A stretch of DNA of 64,000 nt, from NCBI GenBank assembly GCA_027604505.1, contig JADIIX010000015.1:1-64000 (forward strand), given 5' to 3'. Origin of the DNA: Gonapodya sp. JEL0774 (lineage: Eukaryota). Made by a program: the position numbers and the translations under genes. Of the stretch, positions 39,294 through 52,500 are shown one piece after another; positions within the stretch are counted from its first letter, which is position 1; each line of letters starts with the position of its first letter. Under the pieces are notes generated by a model. It had not been told where the DNA came from. It did no database searches and was given only the letters and a program-made list of their open reading frames with translations.

Positions 39294-40071
39294 GACGTTG
39301 GGGTCTTCGAAATTATCGGACGCCAGCGTGGGGATTTCAATAGGCTCTGTGAGATCGGAAGGCAGGTTGAAAGCGACGATTTCGAAACGTGAAGGAGTGC
39401 AGGCGGATGTGTCATTCACTGGGTGCCGGGAGAACTTGCGGTCGGCCCTACTGCAAAAGTTCACCACATGCTGGGTAGAGTCGCAAAAAAAGCTGTTTAC
39501 CTCGAAGTAGACTGAGATGTCATTCACTGTTTACTGTATGAAATTTGTTCACTTGGTTTGTCTGATACAAGGGACCGTTCTGGGATGCTGTTGTTATATT
39601 CTTGTACATGATATGATACCATACTAGAGGGAAAATAGGGCGAACGCATTCAAATAAAATGCAAAACTATACTGAATCAGGACACACACTTTGAAATACA
39701 TAAATACCATACATATGAGATGGGTATGTATCTCGTTCCGAACTCCGTTTGTGGCGTTGGTCCCACCTCCAATCTTGCCTATTTAGGAATCTACCATAGC
39801 ATTAACAGAATGTATCACCACTCATCGATCGTCTTGATGAAGGGGCGAAAGAGATAAAGCGACTCGCAAGAAGGGACGACTTGTAATCTGTGCAATCGCG
39901 CAAGTGAAGAACTGCGTGATCGAAACTTCGGTGTACTCATTCAGATCACAACTCGTTGCAAGAATATGCTAGACTGATTGTTTTGTGTATAAATTTTTGA
40001 GTCAGTGATGATTGGTGGCTGCGACGGGCTGCGGGCACATACACAAGTAGTAGTAGTACCCGAATTACAGA

Positions 40072-40665
40072 ATGTGGAAATCTCAAGTGGGAGATCTAAA
40101 TGCGAAGCCTCCCAGCACTCCGAAGGAGGATGACGATTGGGAAACTGACCCGGACTTCAAGAATGATGTGGGTGAGAAGGGGCAACGGTGAGATTGGGAG
40201 CCTTAGCTTGACTGAAGGTCCATCACCCATCATTAATTGATTCTGAACCATCGCCATCATTATACAATGTGCATTTATGTCTCTCAAGATGGGGCTCAAA
40301 GTCGAATCCCCCGACTGCTGAGAGTCGCACAAACCACGATCTTGCTGAATTGAGGAATGCGGTCATCAATGGCCACGAGGAGAAGAAGAAAGAAGAATAC
40401 GCCAAGTGAGCCGCCGTACTCGTTGGGTCTCTTCCCGGTAGATTTCCCGTCCAGGGAGCTGAACTTGTCGCACCTCACACCTACCCATAAAAATAGGGGA
40501 GGAACATTCTCCCAAGGCTACGGTGGCAAATTTGGTGTACAGGAGGACCGAATGGATAAAGTTGGTAACTTGACGAAATTCCTGCACGAGTTGACAGATA
40601 CTGACCCGCATGTCGAACATTGACCCGAACTCCAGAGCGCCGTTGGTTTTGGGGAGAAAAAATAA
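40072..40665 (+). CDS. minimal cortactin/HS1-family protein (acidic NTA + one repeat, 108 aa)
   Basis: Exons 40072-40187, 40289-40405, 40497-40560, 40636-40665 give MWKSQVG...[24 protein letters not shown]...[24 protein letters not shown]. Confidence 0.92.
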
Positions 40666-40933
40666 GAACGTGGGTCTTGAGAACGCGCTATCACCAGCCT
40701 GCAGTGCACACTATATCAGTGCGCGGTAATAAACAAGGTAGAATAGAGACCAGAGGACAATAGATGTCCTTCATAGTGAAGTACAAAAGCGTAAGTACAA
40801 GTGAAAGGACGAATGATCTTAGATGGAGAAATGGCGCTTGAATACGCAATAGAATAAAGTCATACGCAATCGACTTCTCCTGGGAGAGAAGTCACGTCGA
40901 ACCCAGACCCAACCAAACAATACAGTATTTCGT

Positions 40934-42332
40934 TCAGACCATTCCCGACCCCTCTCCACCACCAGCTTCCGCAGCTGCCTTCTTCCCCCACCTGCCAATC
41001 ACTAACTTTGACCACATCTTGGAGGCAGGCGATGATGACGTGGGTGTACTCGGGAGTGACTGCTCGGAGAAGCCGTGGGGGAGAACAGGTGATGCAGGTG
41101 TTGGTGATGGTGAGGAGACAACGGTGGCAGATATTGTGAGGATAGAGCTGAGGGTGAAGGAGTTCGATGAGAGGGGTCACGTGCAATTCGCGTCCGTATG
41201 TGATAAATGAACCCTTCCCGGCGCGCTTCAGTGACCGGGGGCAAATTCTTAGATACTGAAGTGAATATTGCCTTATCTTTGGTTTCAGTTTTGGTAAATC
41301 CGTGTCGCACCTCAGTTTCATCGAAGCATCAAACTCACGAACAAATTGCAACCAATCGCGAAATCCTCGGCCAGCTCAAAGACATCTTAGAGTCGCATAA
41401 ACTTCATACTCACAGTGGAAAAACACCAATCTCTCCTGATGCTAAGCTCTGCCCAACAGCTTGTCCGTCCCTCGAACAACTCTCGAGTCTCACCGTGTCT
41501 CCACGATTGAGATGCAGCTCATTGGGTTCAGCGGGAGCAAACTAGATTTATAGAATTGAGAAGGAGAAAGAAACAGAATCGTAAGCAGATCAGGAACGAT
41601 GGTTATGGAGAAAAACAGGCGATCTGCTATTTACATCGATGGCAACTACGAGCTCCGGCTGTAAACCATCGGGGAATGTATAGCTTTCGAGTGTGTTGGC
41701 GAGGTGCAGGCCTATGAGGCGGGTGTACGCGGTCTGAGGAGGGGGGGGCTTTGATTTGGAGGTCAGGATGCGGAACAATATCCCATCTCTTTCTTCCGTC
41801 CTGAGCTCCATCTCATATATGTTGTACATTGTTCTCTGACTTGCATACTTACTACAGCAATATCTTTTGTCCCGTCTGAAATTACTGGCTGCCAGAAGGA
41901 CGGGTCAACACGGTAGTCGTCTTCCCAAACCTCTCTGTCGTATTGGAATTCTGAGGGCGGGTGATGTCCCCTTGCCTCCGCTGCGAGTCGGAGGCGCTTG
42001 GCGGTTTTCCGCTTGTGGTACATCAGGAATCCGATTGCAATGAGAAGAGCGGCGAGAACCGATCCCACAGAGGCGAAAATGACAGTAGTATTGGGTCCAG
42101 ACGAGGGAGAGGATGCCGCGTCGGGGACTACCGTTGGGGGAGCGTTGCGTACCGGGGCTGGTTCAATGTTGAGGAGTGGTACAGATGTGGTTGAGGAAGT
42201 GGAGGAGGAAGTGACGGTTTTTGAAGACGACGACTGGGCGTTTGCAATGTTTGTGAAGAACAGGAGCACAAGGGAAAGTGGCAGCGTGGGCAGTGATAAA
42301 TTGCTTGAGAATTGGGAAACAAGCATGACCAT
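40934..42332 (-). CDS. type I membrane protein: signal peptide, S/T-rich ectodomain, TM, cytoplasmic SH3-like domain
   Basis: Signal ...LVLLFFTNIANA; TM VIFASVGSVLAALLIAIGFLMY followed by HKRK; SH3-like VAID|FAPAEPNELHLNRGDTVRLESCSRDGQAVGQSLASGEIGVFPL|SIL; last exon inferred. Confidence 0.7.
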
Positions 42333-42691
42333 CGCCAAAGAGGGAAGCGGTGTTATTTGATTTGGCAGGAGCACCGAAATCCGTCAAGCCCAGATCATTT
42401 CTGCGGACAAGCGGAAACGCGGAAGAGGGAGCCCCACCAACATCTCAATCTTATTATTATACAATACATCCTTCGTGGACACCTTATCGCCTGTATCCTG
42501 ACTTCTCCGGACTATTTGCATGAGGAGAAATAAAGGTTTTGTTTGTAAAAGATGAGAATATAGAACTCTGTAAAGAAGATATTTAAAAGGGTAATCTATG
42601 ATCTTGGAAAGATATAACTGCAGTATTGTGATTGTTTTTATGAAATACAATCCATGCTGAAAAGACAAACAATTATATGCAAACCGCAGAA

Positions 42692-44075
42692 CTAAAACTT
42701 GAACACCTCCTTTTCGTTGTATCCCATCTCTCTCAAAATGCCACCCAACTCCCCCTGACCTTTTCCCTGTGGCAATTTCACCCCTGATACCCAGTTGAGC
42801 ATCGGATCCGGTCCACACACGAGAATCAGGCCACCCGATCCTGGTGTGGGCATTGTCGACGAAAGGATGCTCTTTGAAACTATGTCAAAATAGTGGGATG
42901 GCGAAGGAGGTGAATGAGCCGGAACCTCCCCAGCAAACTGTTTTGGATACAAACCATAACCGGTGCCATACTTCGCAGGCCAGTTTGCAGGCGGCCTAAC
43001 GAGGGAGGGTTTTTAACTGGCGCAAATGAATCCCAAAACAGTAAATGGCAGCATAATCACTTCTCTAACACATAAATTGTCTCAAATTTCCGTGCTCGCC
43101 CGTGCTCAGCTTCCCAACTCTCCAGGAGATCTTTCAAGAGAATATCTCGCTCTTCCACATTGGCGAAAACAAGTGTTACCCGGGTCTTGTCGCTAGGGTC
43201 GGATAGAATCTGTCGAAGAACTTGAATCATTGGGGTGATTCCTTGTGAATGGGGTTTGGTGTGACATCCAAATTGTGAAACCGCGACAGCTATACCAACA
43301 CACACCCGAACCTCCCGCAATCATTCCAATTTGCGACCAACGGTTCGGTTGGTAGTCAAACTTTTTAATTGGACCTTTCATGTCTAGGGTGTCTCCCGGT
43401 CTCAAAGAATGAATATGTGTTGACTGCAGGTGGACAGTATTGGCTTCGGTGGTGGGAGCGGGGGACATTAGACGTCAAATTCCAAAAGCTCACCATAGGT
43501 CCACCTTGGTACTTCTTTACGACGAGTGAGAAATAAACGAGACCCTCATCAGTCGGGGTGTATGGTCGCATCAAGTACTTTTGTCTCCTCGCATCACCAG
43601 CGCCGCTGTCAATGTGCTTGTCCTCAACGAGTTTCCGTGTAATCAGTAGTGACGCGACAGTCATACCCAGACCCCTTTCCTGATGCTCGGGCGGAATTTC
43701 GAATCGAAACTCAGAAGTGTTGTGGTTGAGAGGCTTAATTTCTCTCAACTTGAAGGGAGTAAATTGATTCGGATCTAATGCACCATTTTGAGCTGGGGGC
43801 GGCGCGGTGACGGTGAAGGTAGCAGCAGCTGCAGCTTGCTTCTTAGACTCAGCGGCAGGCTTGGAGTACAGAGAGAACGCAAGGGCTCCTGCAGCGATCC
43901 CCGCAACGATGGCAGCCGGTAAGAGAGCCGATGTGATTCGAGGGGATTGTTGTGAATAGCTTGAAGCATTGCGAAGACCGGGAGGATTGCGGTGGGAGGG
44001 AAGTGGGAGACATTTTGGTCGATTCCCGGTCCGCTCGCGATCCCTCGCTGTAGAAAATGAAAATACGGCCTGCAT
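42692..44075 (-). CDS. MCR1: NADH-cytochrome b5 reductase, mitochondrial type
   Basis: RPYTP, GMIAGGSG|ITPMIQV, TLVFANVEERDILLK, ILVCGPDPM...GQGELGGILREMGYNEKEVFKF. Confidence 0.9.
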
Positions 44076-44257
44076 CCTATGGGCCGTCTGGTGTTCTCAG
44101 CATTCGGGCCTATATAATGTGTATGCCCCGAATGAAATCTCAGGTGTGAAGTTGCACCTCCGTCAAATTACCTTTCCAGAGAAGTTGCTTCACAGCAAAC
44201 TCATCGGCTTGGAGTACAATGTCTCTGTAGTTTCTTGTTTAAAGTTCTTATCCAGCA

Positions 44258-47200
44258 TCACCGAACAAGGAACATGGACCATAATCTACCTAAGATAGGT
44301 CTATCCTCTTCGTCATGCATTTTCCAACTGCTGGTGCTGTGATTCTCTGATAAATGCCTCAGCAAGTCTTTCTTTGACATTAACCCCTTCAAAATACCAG
44401 TCTTCGTAATGAGAACGTGCTGCAGACTTGTTAATCAAGAGTCGATGTTGAATAAATGTACGATAACCATTCAAGCAGTATGAGCACTCACCCCATCTTC
44501 TTAAAAAGCTCCAGCACGAGGTCCATGGACATCCGTGGACTCACTGTGAACGGTGCGAGATCCATTAAGGATCTCAGATTCAAGGTTTCGCCTCCATCCC
44601 AACCCTGTGATCCTTCAACTTCGTGCTCCAGTTCACTTGATGATATGTGGGCGTGATCCTGTCTTCTTGAAGCAAGAAATGAGCATAGCGTAGCTCCGTG
44701 CGTGGAACGTGCTTTTCGAGCGCGCTCTGAATGTGTAAAAAAGCGGCCAATGTTACATCACCGTGCAAAGTAGCCTCTTCGAAGTATTGCACCATTGAGC
44801 GCCAGTTTTTGCAAATGAGACCACTCACCGAGGAACTCCCGAAGCTCCGTTGATCCTATCCATCCGATCAAGAGTAATCCAGATGGTGCAGCCGGCTCAA
44901 CCACCGGAAATCCTCTCCATTGGTCCTGACGGATCAACTGCTCGAGTTCACTCACAGTTTCACCCTCTGCCCGAAGGACTCGCAGTTCTTGAACCGGAAT
45001 CATCACAGACTCGACCCTTCGGCAAAAGCGACACTGATTCACGGAAGGAAATTGACCATTCGGTGGAGGCACTTCTTACCGTGTAGGAAGTGGATACTCT
45101 TCCTTGTTATCCAAAAATGGATATCCGTTCATGTGAATCATTCCTTCCACAATCGTCTCCTTGCCGAATAAGTCCGCGACCCACTTGGCGGTCATAACGC
45201 TCAACATGATTGGGAGGACTGTGGGAACACGGAAATTTATGTCCGTTGCCACTACGCAAGAGGAAAGCCATCTGGATTCTCAACTGACGATATGTTAGAG
45301 CGCCTGTCACCTCAAACATGATGACCGCCAGACTGACAGTCATACGAGTGACTCCCCCTAGGGTGGCTGCGGCGCCAACCATGGCATAAGTTCCTGACTC
45401 GAACGAGTTAGTGCTCGAATTATACTACTTCCAATATGAAAAAAACTCACCAGGCGTCACACATACGCTCTCCTTTGCACACGACGAGAAAATCCTGGAA
45501 TCAGGTGCAGCCTGTTGCATAGCCTGAACCATTATTCCCACGGCCCGACCCAAGCACGCACCGACCGCCATGGACGGAACGTAAGACCCCGCAGGAATTT
45601 TCACACCAATCGTCATAGTCATAAGGGCCATCTTGAGGATCCACGATACGAGGAGGAGAAGCACGTTTCTGATGGTTGAGGCACTATCTGTACTGCAGAG
45701 ACCAGCAAAATCACCATCCACTTCTTGACATTCGCGAAACAGGTTCGAGAGGAGTTCCAGGGCATTAACACTGGTGGAAAGAGGGTATGGTCGAGGGAAT
45801 GCTGTGATAAGAGACCTTGTTCGGATACTCACCGCATGAAGCTGATGGGATATCCAATCACGCACGTGAACAAAGTTATAACCAATACCTCAACCAACCC
45901 CTTCGACCCAAGTTGTGTCCTCTTCCTAATTTCCGCAAGCTTCATGTTAAATCGCACAAATCCCGCGCCGAACAGGCCACCCGCGACGCCTAACAGTACA
46001 AAAAATGGCATCTCGAAAGCATGCCAAGGTCGAGAGTACGTAGTCTGAAACAGAACGAGTTTCCCGGTGCGGAATGGGTCCATGAACTGAAGACTGATTG
46101 CGGCGACCATAGCACAGAGAAATGAACGCCACAGGGTTTTCATGGGGAAGTAGGCAGAGACTAGAAGACCCAAAGAATTGTCACAGAATTAAAGCACACA
46201 GAGAACCCTCTTTAATGCAAAACCAAGAGCCGACCTTCCTCCAGACTGAATAGTACACCACCAATCGGAGCGCCAAACGCGATGCTTACACCTGCCGCAC
46301 TGGCAGCCGATAAAATCTCCCGGCGCTTCACCTCATTGAGGTGATACTTTGCAAATAAGCGGGTAAAGATGTTTCCGATACAGCTGTTTAGCACGGTTTC
46401 GGGCGGTTGAAGTGGAAGATTCCGACTTGGTAGCCAAAGAGAGGAATACCTACCACGCCACATGTACCATCGGACCTTCATTTCCAATTATATGTAATCT
46501 AATTAGTCAATTGACACTTGTTCAATATCGATAGGTGCAGGTTTTGTTTACACACCTTCTTTCCCCAACGCAAGTGGAGTAGATGTGGACAGAACCAAGC
46601 CCACGCACTTTATGAGAAGCGTCCAGCCCCCCAGAAAGCGGTGAATTACAAATCCTCCAAGTATTGTTTTGACCTCTTTGTGATGATAGTAGGCGAGGGA
46701 ATGAAATCATCGATGAGCGGTCCGCAATGTTGTTTGCATGCAGTTCACCTTTAACGGATGGCACTCACCCGGAATTCCTGAACCGGCAGCGTATGGTGCG
46801 TATCGCCGCACCAGAACAGCCGCGGCGGCAGCGAACGAAATACTAAATCCGGTGAAAAAGAGAAAGCCAACAATATTACTGAGGCCGGAGTTCGGAGGAG
46901 TGCCGAGGGAAGTGGACCAAGGAGCCCAATCCACGCACTGAGATTCGGCTGGTATGTCGGCATGCAATAGCGATTGGAGACGAGAGGACTAAATGAATTT
47001 CGGAGGTTGTAAGCGCAAAAATGGCTCAAAACTTACATGGTGCCGAAAGACAACAAAAGCGGCGATTGAGGTAGAACCCAGCCAAGCAATGTCCGGATTT
47101 CATGTCGCTTAGCCATTCCGTGGTGACATCGATCCATGCTGAAATCACACCACACGCGATACCTGAGGACACGAGCCACCACAAACGGAGAACGATCAAA

Positions 47201-47787
47201 AGAGGGAGTAGACCGTTTCAGTTTCAGTTTCGCATCCAGCACCTATTGACCCAAAGAGAAACTCAAGCCCACCCCACCGATAGCAAGGACCAGGATCCAG
47301 GCTTGGGAAGCGTCTAAGAAACGGGAGGTCAGCCCTTGTAAGCCAACTTTATCGCGGAGGTGGAGAACTCTGTCACGGTCTGGATAAGCCACGTTGGAGA
47401 AACACGGTTCACAACATGAGAGACTCAGGAGACACAGAGATTAGATAGCGCGAAAGTGATGTGCTCTCATTCACCTTTGGCAAAACCTCTTATCCAGTCG
47501 ATGGATTCAAAATCTGAGTACTTCGTACGCTCTCTTCGGAAGTTTATTGTATTGTTGTCCGCGTTATGATTGTAGTCGATTTCTATCCCCTCGTCTTGTT
47601 CATTTGGGAGTCCAGACAACGTCCCACGTGGCGATGAAACGATTCTTTTATGAGAGTGCTGCGCGAACGAAGAAGGGGTATGTGTGGAGCTTCCAAGTCG
47701 ACCATTTCGGTTCTTTTGTCGGGAGGAGACTTGACCGTTGGCAGCTCCAAGTGGAGAATCTTGTGAGCTACTTTCGTTGTTCATCAT
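44258..47787 (-). CDS. CLC-family chloride/proton exchanger (Gef1/ClC-3-like) with CBS domains
   Basis: [76 protein letters not shown] and [10 protein letters not shown]. Confidence 0.95.
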
Positions 47788-48039
47788 GGAAGATTCCGTT
47801 GCGTGGTCAGAGCACATTGAGAGATCCATTAGCATTAAGCCGTTAATGAGTACACTCGTGAAACTTGCCTTGTGGAATGCCTTGATTCCAAGGCACTCTC
47901 CAGCGAATAATAATTCTCGGGTGGGAGGAGCGTTCCTTTTTCCTCTGTCATGTGATTGTCGCTGGCAGTAGTAAAGTCCGTGGTCCCGGACTCCGTGTGC
48001 TGTGGTCACAGTGACAGCGAGCTTCCCCTGTCAGACCTA

Positions 48040-49358
48040 ATGGTCGAACAACATGAATTCGGAGACGAGCATCGACTGTTCCTACAGGCCATCATCTCGC
48101 GAAGATTTCTTGAAGAGGAGGAGCTGAAACAGTGCCAGAAGGACGCTTACCAGCTCGCTGGTGGTGAGTGCAATTGAGTCTGCCGATTCTCGTCTTTCTG
48201 CCTTACATTGACACCCTAGCCTTCCTATCAAACCTTGACGTGCACTATCCCGTGCTGAAACTTGGACTTTGAATCCGGTAGAGGATCCAAGCCCTCTGGT
48301 TGAGTTTCTAAGAAGAGTGAACGAAGCTCTTCGGGAGATTGATTTGGAGCTCAAGAGAGCCAAGGACAACGATGGAAACTATTATTACGCTCTTGTACGT
48401 TCGATGCGCATTTTTATCAGATTCTTAAATCAGTAAGTGCTTATGTTGCCTCCTCTCAAGGTGAACACACGACGAGATGGCATTTCAGAGCTTGCAACTG
48501 GATACGAAGACCATGAAATCTCTTTTTTCAAGCACCTGGTACGATTGAAGGGATTGCATTGCCAGATTCCACGTGCCTACCTGAGACTTATTCTACCCAA
48601 TTGGTTTTTAACAAGCTTGAGCTTCTCGTCGATGCACCTGATGAATCCTACGAAGCCGGTTCTCTCAAAATTCTCAACGACTTAAAGCGGGTCAATTTTA
48701 CGGGTAGAAAAAAGATGACGGAGAAAGATTGTGAAGAGTTTCTTACACGCCTCGTTGCGGACCATTGGATCGTGGAACCGACGTGAGTGGTATTCTACGC
48801 GGAGTAAGCTCTGTAGCCACAAAAGGTTTTTTGTCAATCTGTCTCATTTAATAACTTTTGACAACTGGAAACTGTTCGGTCGTCGTCCCAATGTGCTTTC
48901 CTGTTTGTAGCAAAGGGCGCTATCACCTCTCCGTTCGAAGCATCCTCGAACTTAAACCGTATCTCGTTGAAAACTTTGATGAGATAGCACAGTGTGAGGC
49001 ATGCAAGGAGATCATCGCCACTAAGGTAAGCTCGGCGAGATTTACTAAGTGTGATCCAAACTGACAGCAAATCTCATGCCAGCACTCCGAGTCCTGTGTC
49101 AATCCCTCCTGCCCCCTCCGCATGCATAGCCCCTGTGCTATGCTTCGTTTTCAGCGTCTGCCCATCAATGGGCGGACATGTCCAGGTTGTGGAAAAGCGT
49201 GGGCTGGTGATTGGAGAGGCCGGAATGGAGCAGAGCGGATAACAAAGGTCAGACAAGGTGGAGAGCGGCGGAGAGAAGAGGTAGACGACGATGAGGCAGA
49301 CGGGATGGAGGAGGACGACGAGGACGAGGAGGAGGAGGAGGAGGAGGCCGATCAGTGA
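48040..49358 (+). CDS. NSE1: Smc5/6 subunit Nse1 (winged helix + RING-like)
   Basis: HRLFLQAIISR, YYAL|VNTRRDGISELAT, LTRLVADHWI, YHLSVRSILELKPYL, CEACKEII...C...C...MHSPC...CPGCGKAW; acidic tail. Confidence 0.9.
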
Positions 49359-49578
49359 TCACGAGTGGAGGAAGGTTGTCCAACTGTTGAAAAGTGGTGG
49401 AAGGTGATAATGAAAATTGAATAATGTATTTTGGACCCTTGATGAACTGCATTCGTTTGCGTTTGCCCCGTGGTTTACACTGCTCTATGATTGTTTCTCG
49501 TGGTGGGCGAGTTCCTCGCGGATTGTGCCGTTCTGACCCTCCACGCTCATAAGTGAAGACACAAAGCATCCTGAATCA

Positions 49579-52500
49579 ATGTCAACGAATCCAAAAGATT
49601 CGGCACCTCTTTGCATACACGCTTATACCTCAAATGGCTCTCTCCCCTCCGCTTCATCCAAAGTCGCCCTCCTGAAACTCCTGCTTGCTGGATCGATTGC
49701 TGGTCAAAACCTCGAAGTCGCGATAGAGGAGCGGTCAGCGGATCCCTTGACGGGCGAATCCGTTTTTTTAGAGGTAGGAAAGGGCAGATTGATAGCGAAT
49801 GCGAACGCGGGAGTGCGGTGAGTGAATGGTGGAGAAAGTGTTCCCTTTCTCGCCTTAATTCCCAAATCAATCTTTCCAAACGACACGGGATGATAGTGCT
49901 TTACTTCCATCGAGCTCTACCGACATCATAGCCAGTGCACAGATGATTTCATGGATGGAATGGGAGGAGAGCCAGCTTCTAGGAGCCACGTTTCAGACGA
50001 ACTGCGACCAGCTCCTGGAGTTATTGGAAGTCCTAGGCAGGGAACCCTTGGCAGAACTACTCAAGGTTCGGAAATGTGATGCATGAAATTATCCATTGTG
50101 CACGAATGTTAAATGTACAGTTGCATTTCCACGTTTACACGACAGGGACCATGGAATGCTGTCCAAGTCGCAGTGTTCAGTACTCTGCACTTTGCTCGTG
50201 ACAAATTGGAGCGCAAAGTGGCTGTTCAGGCGTGGCTGAATGAGAGATCACAACAAGAGCAAATTAAGTCTGTGCTCAAACGCGTGGATGCTCTCTCGGT
50301 GAGCATGGAACAACCCAGTAGGGTATAAATTTCGAGAGATGAAGTTTCTTCTTTGGCTAGGGCTCTGCAACAACGGCGGCAGTAAAGTCTGGAATCTCCA
50401 TTGCTTATGATCATCATGAGCGGACCATGTGAGTTCGAAGTGTTATGTTCAGATCCACTTGCTCTGATATGGCTCGCTTGCTGTAGACTGCCCATGAAGG
50501 GCAAACGCAATGTTCTAATCACCTCAGCCCTTCCATACGTCAACAACGTGCCTCACTTGGGAAATATCATTGGCTCTGTTTTAAGTGCAGATGTTTTCGC
50601 CAGGTAACCGCTCTCTCGCGATGCGATTGGTCGTCCGATCGAACATTTTTGCAGCCCCTCATTAACGCCAAATATGAACTGTTTAGATATTGCCGTGCCC
50701 GTGGCTATAATACCCTTTTCATATGCGGAACGGATGAGTACGGTACGGCAACGGAGACAAGAGCACTAGAAGAGAAGGTGTCTGAGGAGGAATTGTGCGC
50801 CAAATACCGCGCATTGCACAAACAAACGTGTAAGAGCCGAAGTTAAAATTTACGTACGCCCGATCTAATAAGTTCTCTTCTAGATGATTGGTTCAACATC
50901 GACTTCGACTTCTTTGGCAAAACTACGACTCCTGCTCAGACTACAATCTGCCAGGATATTTTTTTCAAGCTCAGGGCAAATGGGTACACTTACGAAGACA
51001 CCATGACGCAGTTGTATTGCGATGAACCGGGACACAAGAGGTTCTTGGCGGACCGATTTGTTGAGGGTGAATGTCCAAACTGCCACTATGAGGATGCTCG
51101 AGGCGATCAATGCGATAATTGTGGCAAGGTGATGACCGCAAGCCTGACGTTGGTTGAACAGAACTCATGCACGGTCCTGCTGGCAGCTTCTGGAGCCCAC
51201 CGAGCTCTTACGCCCCAAGTGCAAGCTGGATGGTACTACCCCTATTCTGAGGGAGACAAAACACCAGTTTCTAGATCTCCCCAAACTTGAAGAATGGAAC
51301 TTTGAATGGGCAGAACGTGTAACTGAGGAAGGTGTGTGTACATTGCAATGTACGGGAGCGGCATCCTTTGCACGTTTCACATTTTCCCGCCTTCATTCCC
51401 GTCAGGGAAGTGGTCGCAAAACGGGAAAACCATCACAATTGGATGGCTAAGACAAGGACTAACGTCTCGATGCATCACTCGCGATCTCAAGTGGGGTGTC
51501 CCAGTTCCCGTTGCTGGATATGAAGATAAGGTGGGCCTATCATGTACGACCATCCATTGAACGAAGTTTATGAATTGTAACTAATTGCAAATTGCTAATT
51601 GCTTGCAGGTTTTTTATGTGTGGTACGACGCTCCCATTGGGTATATATCCATCACGATGAACTACACTGCTGATCACTGGGAGGAATGGTGGAAGAATCC
51701 AGAAAACGTGAAATTGTATCAAGTGAGTGATGGAACATGTTGCGTTTGGACGGTAAGCTCACTTCTTCCCTCAGTTTATGGGCAAGGATAATGTACCGTT
51801 CCACTCAGTCATTTTCCCGTGTATCTTGCACGGAACCAAGGACCCGTACACGATCGTTAACACCATTTCCACGTGCGAATATCTAAACTATGAGAACGGA
51901 AAGGTGAGGTGTTTGCCCCCCACATCTTTAGGCGTCAACCTGTCTTGCTCACTATCGAACATAGTTTTCCAAATCTCGTGGTGTTGGGGTTTTTGGCAAC
52001 AATGTCATGGCCAGTAACATCCCATCTGAAGTTTGGCGTTACTATCTGATCTCCAGTCGCCCAGAAAACTCTGACTCACAATTCCTGTGGCACGATTTCG
52101 TGGCTCGTAACAACAGCGAACTGCTGGCAAACCTCGGTAACTTTGTCAACCGCACCCTCAAGTTTGTTGCAGCAAAATATCAGTCAACAGTGCCGGCGCC
52201 TGCCTCGTTCGGTGCCAATGAGGTCGCATTTCTGGATGATGTGAACCGCCTGGTAACCCAATATATTGATTACATGGAACAGCAGAAGGAACGCGGAGCT
52301 TTGAAACTCGTCATGGATATTTCTGGTCGTGGAAATCTCTACCTCCAGGTGAATCATATGTTTCGTGCCTGCAAGGGGGATCCACTCACGTTTTATGAAT
52401 AATAGGATTCTAAGCTGGACAATACACTATTTGCCATGAACCGTGCAACAGCCAACACGGTCCTGTCCCTCGCCATCAACCTTATTTATCTTATCTCTGC

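Noticed and set aside
39835..40000. Box C (TGATGA), box D (CTGA) and Sm-like AATTTTTGA motifs suggesting an sno/snRNA
   Set aside because: Short motifs expected by chance; no terminal stem or recognisable guide or snRNA sequence
46468..46566. Apparent GNEGP variant of the CLC gating motif
   Set aside because: Intron read-through; splicing LGKE-g|gt-PMVH restores canonical GKEGP
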